In this document: piece after piece, positions 57,229 through 64,000 of the stretch
Position numbering within the stretch: the first letter of the stretch is position 1
Layout of the letters: every line of letters starts with the position of its first letter
DNA from: Octopus sinensis
Lineage: Eukaryota
Length of the DNA: 64,000 bases
Direction of reading: 5' to 3'
Assembly (NCBI RefSeq): GCF_006345805.1
Contig: NC_043012.1
Coordinates: 25,730,001-25,794,000, forward strand
Made by a program: the position numbers and the translations under genes
The notes under the pieces: model-generated
Seen by the model: only the letters and a program-made list of their open reading frames with translations
Told to the model about the DNA's origin: nothing
The model's database searches: none

Positions 57229-58444
57229 CTTTTGTGTTGTTTATATTAGTTATAAATTGTAAAATTTTGTACGCGGTTGATTGTTCTTAACACTGTATCA
57301 GCCTGACAGAATGTGTGACAAGACAGTAATTGCGACATTGTAATTCCTTTCATAATCTATTGGTAGATACGTGGCTGCCCTTCATGCGAGGCAGTGAGAT
57401 CAAACACGAGACCCCTCTGTTGCAAGATGACATTTAGATTTAGTCATACATTTACTAAGGTATGTATAACGATACACACACGCATATTCACATACATACA
57501 TACATACATACATACAACATACATACATACATACATACATACATACATACATACATACCTTAATATTTGTAGACTGAGATCCCCTTTGATAGGCTGTTGC
57601 TCTTTTAATAATTCTGCGTGTGGCTCTGTTACTTAGCCCGTCCATAATGCTTCCACGTGATTAGCTGAAGCGGGAGGGCGAGAGGGATGGAGGGATGGTA
57701 TGGGGTATGGGTGGAAGAGGAGAGGCAGAGATGGTGGTGAGTGAAATGTGTAACTTTTTTTTAAATTAAGTTTTTTTCGTCCGTTACTTAGCCCGTCTGT
57801 AACGCTTTCACATGAGGATTTGAATGGAAAGACGAAGAGCAAAAAAAAAGGGGAGAGAAAAGAAGAGGATAAGGCGAAGCAGGAGAGAAAAGAGGGTAAG
57901 GTGAAGAGCGAGAGATAAAGAGGGAGAGTGCTGTGTATTAAGTCTATAAAATTGTGCATGAAATATATAAAGTGGATATATATATTGCATTAAGTAATCA
58001 TCGTATCCCGATTTCCTTCACTTTTCAACGACAGAAAACAGGCTAGGCTTTCAGGTATTTTGGATAAGGTTTTCAGAAATAAACCAATAATCTTATTAAT
58101 TCAGTGAAATATTCACGGGTCCCGCATGAAGATGCAAATAATTTCCTTGTGTATAGAAAATGAATCGGTTGAACATAGGAAAAGATTGGCTACCATTTTC
58201 ACTGGGATTAGTCAAATGATGTTAACTCCTCCGATAATAGTCAAATGATTTTCGAATTTCGATTAATGTTCTTCCTAATTTTTTGCTTTTTTTGGGATGT
58301 TGTTTTTCAATCTAAGAGAAAATTTAAATTGACCTTATTTGTATTTCTACTACAGATATGTCTATGTGCGTGTATATAATATATACATACACACACACAT
58401 CTATATACATAATTGTGTAACGGTGTGTGTGTGTGTGTGGTGGG

Positions 58445-58640
58445 GGTTACGCTAACTCCTCCCATACTGTCCAACCGATTTTAATGAGTTTTGGCACATA
58501 GGTAGATCACATGCCCTGAAGTTCGAATAAGGCTGGAATTTTTCGAAATCTTGATAATACTCAGTTGGTATCAATTTTTGTGAGCTCCATCGGGCGTTTG
58601 AATGGAAATTCCCATAGCGATGTTATCTTTCCTTCTAAAT
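58445..58640. mobile_element. Possible non-autonomous Helitron/Helentron (DINE/HINE-like) fragment
   Basis: AACTCCTCC...ACCGATTTTAATGAGTTTTGGCACA motif next to a (GT)n tract. Resemblance only. Confidence 0.35.
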
Positions 58641-58715
58641 GAGTAATAGTTGACACGGGGAACGAAGAAGATTTCAATATAAATATATATATATTATATT
58701 CAAACAGCTAGTATT

Positions 58716-58761
<46 letters not shown>

Positions 58762-58787
58762 AACTCGACTCCGTAGGTCACGAATTA

Positions 58788-59104
58788 CCATGGGTGCACC
58801 TAAGAGGTTCCTCTCCAGGGTACAAGTCTCGGTGGTGAGTCACCTCACCGGCGAAAGCACACCCCACCGTTTGTTTTATGGAAGACCATCAGTCGCCCAT
58901 GCATACCAACATCCCCTCTCCGGGCCACCCGATGTTATCCAAGGGAAAGGCAAACGGGCCGATACAGTATAGCACCAGTGACGTCGAAACTCATTTCTAC
59001 AGCTGATTGATTTGGAGCAAGAATTACTGAAGAATACAACACGCACCCCGGTCCGGGAATGGAACTCGCAATCTCACGATCGTAAGCTCGTGAGCCATGC
59101 GCCT
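58788..59104 (-). mobile_element. SINE family C
   Basis: GGGTGCACCTAAGAGG..TTTATGGAAGACC..CATTTCTACAGCTG..GAGCCATGCGCC. Confidence 0.75.
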
Positions 59105-59184
59105 TACACACACACACACATTCATATATATATATATGTACGTATGTAAGTTGTATGTATGTATGTAGTATGTATGTATGTATA

Positions 59185-59260
<76 letters not shown>

Positions 59261-59384
59261 ATCAACAATCAAGGAACGGCCATAATAGGCCATTCACCCA
59301 CTAGAGAAATAACAGCCAAGCTTCAACCGCAAAATAACATTAATTCCGCAAACCAGGAGAAAATTAAAAAACATTTACCCTGTA

Positions 59385-59491
59385 ATTTCTTATACGATGC
59401 ACCGTTTCATCTACTGTTTAATGGTAAACTAACCTGATTAAATTAAATCAAGCCAATCTTCCATAGGCCCTTAGATTCGTCAGTAAGAAAT
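59385..59491 (-). ncRNA. Type I hammerhead ribozyme, copy 1 (complete)
   Basis: Minus-strand RNA reads AUUUCUUA-CUGACGA-AUCUA...UAGAU-GAAA-CGGUGCAUCG-UA/UAAGAAAU. Stem I is 8 bp. The core is CUGANGA at 59483-59477. Stem II closes with AUCUA/UAGAU. Stem III is ACGG/UCGU with a UGCA loop. Predicted cleavage follows the GUA triplet, between 59393 and 59392. Confidence 0.85.
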
Positions 59492-59870
59492 AGCCAGATC
59501 GGAACAGATATTTTCACGAGGCATTTCTGTCCCTGCCTCGGCAATATCTGACCTAAATTTTCAAATCATCGCACTCGCGCCAAATTTATCGGCAGCAAAT
59601 AAATATAAGCCGCCGATTCCATTACGGAATCAACCAGAAAATTCATAATTAATCAATATAGGGTGGCAAAAAATTTTGTAGAATTTTTTGCCACCAGCGG
59701 CCTAGTGGGAAAAAATTAAATAGTCAAGACCATTTATAAGTTCAACATCAACAATCAAGGAACGGCCATAATAGGCCATTCACCCACTAGAAATAACAGC
59801 CAAAGCTTCAACCGCAAAATAACATTAATTCCGCAAACCAGGAGAAAATTAAAAATCATTTACCCTGTAA

Positions 59871-59974
59871 TTCTTATACGATGCACCGTTTCATCTACTG
59901 TTTAATGGTAAACTAACCTGATTAAATTAAATCAAGCCAATCTTCCATAGGCCCTTAGATTCGTCAGTAAGAAA
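59871..59974 (-). ncRNA. Type I hammerhead ribozyme, copy 2 (complete)
   Basis: Same elements as copy 1: CUGACGA at 59967-59961, GAAA, and the GUA triplet at 59879-59877. Stem I is UUCUUA/UAAGAA. It lies 484 nt from copy 1 in direct orientation. Confidence 0.85.
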
Positions 59975-60000
59975 TAGCCAGATCGAAACAGATATTTTCA

Positions 60001-60093
60001 GAATCTAAGGGCCTATGGAAGATTGGCTTGATTTAATTTAATCAGGTTAGTTTACCATTAAACAGTAGATGAAACGGTGCATCGTATAAGAAA
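60001..60093 (+). ncRNA. 5'-truncated hammerhead (lacks the stem I 5' strand and CUGAC)
   Basis: Begins GAATCTA at the inversion junction and continues through TAGAT-GAAA-CGGTGCATCG-TA-TAAGAAA. The core is broken between C7 and G8. Confidence 0.75.
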
Positions 60094-60480
60094 TTACAGG
60101 GTAAATGTTTTTTAATTTTCTCCTGGTTTGCGGAATTAATTTTATTTTGCGGTTGAAGCTTTGGCTGTTATTTCTAGTGGGTGAATGGCCTATTATGGCC
60201 GTTCCTTGATTGTTGATGTTGAACTTATAAATGGTCTATGACTATTTAATTTTTTCCCACTAGGCCGCTGGTGGCAAAAAAATTCTACAAAATTTTTTGC
60301 CACCCTATATTGATTAATTATGAATTTTCTGGTTGATTCCGTAATGGAATCGGCGGCTTATATTTATTTGCTGCCGAAAATTTGGCGCGAGTGAGTGCGA
60401 TTGATTTGAAAATTTTAGGTCAGATATTGCCGAGGCAGGGACAGAAATGCCTCGTGAAAATATCTGTTCCGATCTGGCTA

Positions 60481-60582
60481 TTCTTACTGACGAATCTAAG
60501 GGCCTATGGAAGATTGGCTTGATTTAATTAATCAGGTTAGTTTACCATTAAACAGTAGATGAAACGGTGCATCGTATAAGAG
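60481..60582 (+). ncRNA. Type I hammerhead ribozyme, copy 3 (complete)
   Basis: TTCTTA 60481-60486, CTGACGA 60487-60493, stem II ATCTA 60494-60498 / TAGAT 60556-60560, GAAA 60561-60564, stem III, GTA 60574-60576, TAAGAG 60577-60582. Confidence 0.85.
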
Positions 60583-61554
60583 ATTACAGGGTAAATGTTT
60601 TTTAATTTTCTCCTGGTTTGCGGAATTAAGTTATTTTGCGGTTGAAGCTTGGCTGTTATTTCTAGTGGGTGAATGGCCTATTATGCCGTTCCTTGATTGT
60701 TGATGTTGAACTTATAAATGGTCTATGACTATTTAATTTTTTCCCACTAGGCCGCTGGTGGCAAAAAAATTCTACAAAATTTTTTGCCACCCTATATTGA
60801 TTAATTATATATATATATATATATGTATGTATGGAAGTGTGTATGTACATATGCGTACATCCAAGGATCATTTGGCAAATACTGGAGTTAGCGATTATTA
60901 GTCATGCAATTAGTAACTACTTAATCATTACAAACATCATCACCATCATCCTGATCATCATCACTATCCTGACCATCGTCTCCGTGTTCGTCAAGAACAG
61001 TATCAATAAGAACACCATCAGAAACAACAACAGTATGTTATTAGTGTTAATATGTTTTTCATTAATTCCATTATTCTAATAGAAGTGATACAATTGGTAA
61101 ATCGCCTTACAGTGTTTTAATTATATCCCTTTGTCATATGATCTGTTATGACGCGAACGCTACCTTTGTCTTCTCATTATATCTTGTCTAACCCCCCCAC
61201 CCCAAACCAATTAGCTATCATTTGACCCTTTTGCATTTCAACCGGATATAACAGGCCGAAATATTCTACTTGTTTTATGGTGAAGGCACCATGTCAGATG
61301 TTCTATATTGTGCAGTGGCCATATATAGTGATGGATACCATCAATTTTTTTCTTCACAATATATATCGGACATCTTGTTATTTTTGCAGTCCTTTTTATT
61401 TTTCCATTAGTCGTTTATTTATTTATTTACCAAGATTTGAAAATTCGTTGCATTTTTCACGGATTAATACATAAGTTATTCTATATTTTAGAGATGAGGA
61501 ATTCTGTACATTATTTACATTATTGACAGGGTTAGGTTCGAAATTCTACCAGGA

Positions 61555-61630
61555 CACCTGATGTAAATCAACCGAAACATTGTGGTAACAACAAACAAGA
61601 TGAGGACACATATCCGGCCAATCTAAATAA
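61555..61630 (+). mobile_element. Decayed Penelope-type terminus with a hammerhead remnant
   Basis: CAC-CTGATG-(taaatcaacc)-GAAAC-ATT-GTG. Core halves and a 3-bp stem I remain, but A9 and stem II are lost. Confidence 0.4.
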
Positions 61631-62824
61631 TATAATATATAGATTGTTATTTCTTTCCTTCAGTTTTAATTCTGATCTATTTACAAGAGTAACTTTTACA
61701 TTGTTTGACTGGCTGCCATTTCATTTTCGTTGATGGTTGAGTGGATAATCTTTGTCTTGGCAATTTTCATTGACAATATTTTTCAATGAGACACCAATGA
61801 GAGTAGAAAGATAAATGTGTCTCGATGGTGCTAGCAGCTAGCTGTAAAACACAGCTAGAGGCCACGCTTTCCTTTTCGAAATGGGAAAGATATTTATAAA
61901 GTAGACAATCTGCAGTGCTGTGATTTGCTGTGCAAATTTTAAGAACCGAACCAAGGGAATTGTGCTGAAAGATTTAATTTAATATGAAAATAAAATTTGA
62001 GCAAATAACCAACAATACAACTAATTATTTTTTGATACAGTTGTTGGCGAAAGGGAGTTACCGCATGTGAGCTAGATCAAAGAAAATGAGCAAGTTTGGA
62101 CGTGGTTTTTCGCGACAGCTATGCTCCTGTGATTGATCGAATTATCTGAGTACGATCAAAGAGGGAAATAATATAGCTGTTTGCTGCGAAGACACGTGTT
62201 TCGGTGTGCACTTGAAAGTGCTGACGCGTGGCGAACATGATCTATCGACCGAGGCTGGACATATGAATGTGTGTGGTCATTAAGACCGATTATAAGCTGA
62301 TGAAAAGGGCAGAACAAGTGCGCTATATATCTGCTTCTGAGCAGTGCATAGAAATAAGAATGTCACCTTTAACATCAGTACAGGAAGATGGTTAATAAAA
62401 ATGTCTCCAGAAGTATTTCTATACCTGTTTCCTAGTGGGGACCCGAATGTAGCATTTCGAAAACGTAAACTTCAAATCTGTGTGTATTTTCAGATTTTGG
62501 GTACGATTTCCGAGGTGTAGACTTGTATTGATGAAAAGAAAGTGCTTCACAAAATTAATCTGATGCCACTGATTGGCAACTGGTTTATTATAAATAGCAT
62601 CCTTAATATCCAATTTTGCTACTTGTGTGTGAAACCTATGATTTCAAACTTTGTGATCCAACAGATATAAAGCTACCGGCAAACACAAAATCTCTCATAC
62701 ACATCAATATACAACATACACACTCATACATTCATACATACACATAAAATGTGCGTACACAAATACATACTCAAACATATGTAGGTGTGTATATATACAC
62801 ACACATACAGACGTACATGCATAT

Positions 62825-62862
<38 letters not shown>

Positions 62863-63654
62863 AATACAAAAGTACATAGATGCATATATACTTGCATACA
62901 CATGTATATGGCAGCATACATACATACATACATACAGACATGCATTCATGCATGCATATATACATTGATAGGTTATGTCCACCGTGTGTACCTGAGTGTA
63001 TGTCTGTGCATGTGTGTACGTGTGTGTGTGTGTGTGTGCTTGGGTACAAACCGGATGAATGAGATAGTGTATTTCTACTCGCTTTTTTTTTGCTTGTCTG
63101 TGTGTGCGTGTGTGTGTGTGTGTGTGTGTTGCGTGCGTGCGTGCGTGCGTGTGCGGTGGCGCGTGGCGAATCCGTGTGTGTGTGTGTGTGGTGTGTGTGT
63201 GTGGTGTGTCTGTGAGAGGGAGAGCGAGTTAGCGTTCAAAGGTGTGTCGTTTATCCGCCGTTATCTTAATATCGTAAAAAGAAATCACATCTTCACCAGC
63301 AGCAACAGTAACAACATCAACAACAGCCCAAACAGCAACGGCACGGCAGTAGTAGTAGTAGTAGCAGCAGTAGTAGCAGCAGTAGAAGCAGTAGAAGCAT
63401 TGGACAGTTTCGCCAATAGATTTCAGTAGTAGCATGAACAGCTGAAGTAACCGGGCTGCCTCAGCGCCTGTAACGATATAATCATTGATGTTGCCGCATT
63501 TCGAAGTATGTCTATTATGGTTGTTGTTATTGTTGGTGGTGCCGGTGGTGACGTTCTTACTGTTAGTTGTTGTTGTTGTTGTTATTAACATTTGGTTGTT
63601 TTTGTTGTTGTTGTTGTTGTAATAGTTATTGGTGTTGTTATGCTGCTTCTTTTG

Positions 63655-63860
63655 TTTTTTTGTTTCAGTCATTTCGACTGCCGCCGCCATGCTGGAGCAC
63701 CGACGTCAGTCGTGCAAATCGACCCCCTCCCCCCCACCAGAACTTATACTTTGTAAGCCTAGTACTTATTCTATCGGATCTCTTTTTTTTGTCGAACCGC
63801 TAGGTTACGAAAATGTAAACACACCAGCATCTGTTGTCAAGCGATGTTGGGGGAAAGAAA
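63655..63860 (-). mobile_element. SINE family B, 3' module only
   Basis: GTTTCAGTCATTTCGACTGCC..CATGCTGGAGCACC..GTAAGCCTAGTACTTATTCTATCGG. Confidence 0.75.
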
Positions 63861-63866
63861 CACACA

Positions 63867-63907
<41 letters not shown>

Positions 63908-64000
63908 ATATATATATATAAGAATGAATATTTTTATATATAATGAACGTGAAATACAGGAAGGGACGAACACGGAACACAGACAAATCATTCGAAGCCT

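Larger units (their letters stand above)
59258..60810. mobile_element. Hammerhead-ribozyme-bearing tandem/inverted ~485-nt repeat (retrozyme-like non-autonomous retroelement)
   Basis: The unit start AACATCAACAATCAAGG occurs at 59258 and 59744 (period 486). The left arm 59258-60000 holds ~1.5 units. The right arm 60001-60810 holds ~1.7 units in reverse complement. Both outer ends abut (TA)n. There is no ORF of note. Each unit contains a hammerhead fold. Confidence 0.85.

Noticed and set aside
59258-60810. Interpretation as a CRISPR array, organellar insert or pure sequencing fold-back
   Set aside because: There are no short repeat-spacer units and no mitochondrial genes or tRNAs. The arms are unequal and the flanks are not mirrored, unlike a fold-back chimera, though read-level confirmation is still needed.
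62290-62375. CTGATGA followed by a GGCAGA/TCTGCT stem
   Set aside because: GAAA is not placed after stem II, and no stem III or stem I can be built.
101-63991. Hundreds of poly-I/Y, poly-V, poly-L, poly-N and poly-HT ORFs in the track
   Set aside because: They are translations of (TA)n, (AAT)n, (GTA)n and (CA)n microsatellites, with no splice or compositional support.

Overview
Eukaryotic, AT-rich, microsatellite-saturated genomic DNA. The tRNA-derived SINE families, the simple-repeat density and the LINE remnants point to an octopus (coleoid cephalopod) genome; this is inference from repeat content. Almost all ORFs in the supplied track are translations of (TA)n, (AAT)n, (GTA)n or (CA)n repeats. 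One convincing host coding exon is present: minus strand 46557-45940, the first exon of a type II transmembrane protein with furin sites, probably of the colmedin/transmembrane-collagen type. I could not find its downstream exons. The rest is SINEs (four families), fragments of R4/Dong-type, RTE-type and gag-only retroelements, MITE/foldback elements, and a 100-N gap. The most striking element is at 59258-60810. It is a non-coding ~485-nt unit in tandem and inverted copies, inserted in a (TA)n tract. Each unit carries a canonical type I hammerhead ribozyme fold (CUGACGA ... GAAA, GUA cleavage triplet) and several further hairpins. This is the architecture of a retrozyme/Penelope-dependent self-cleaving circular-RNA retroelement.
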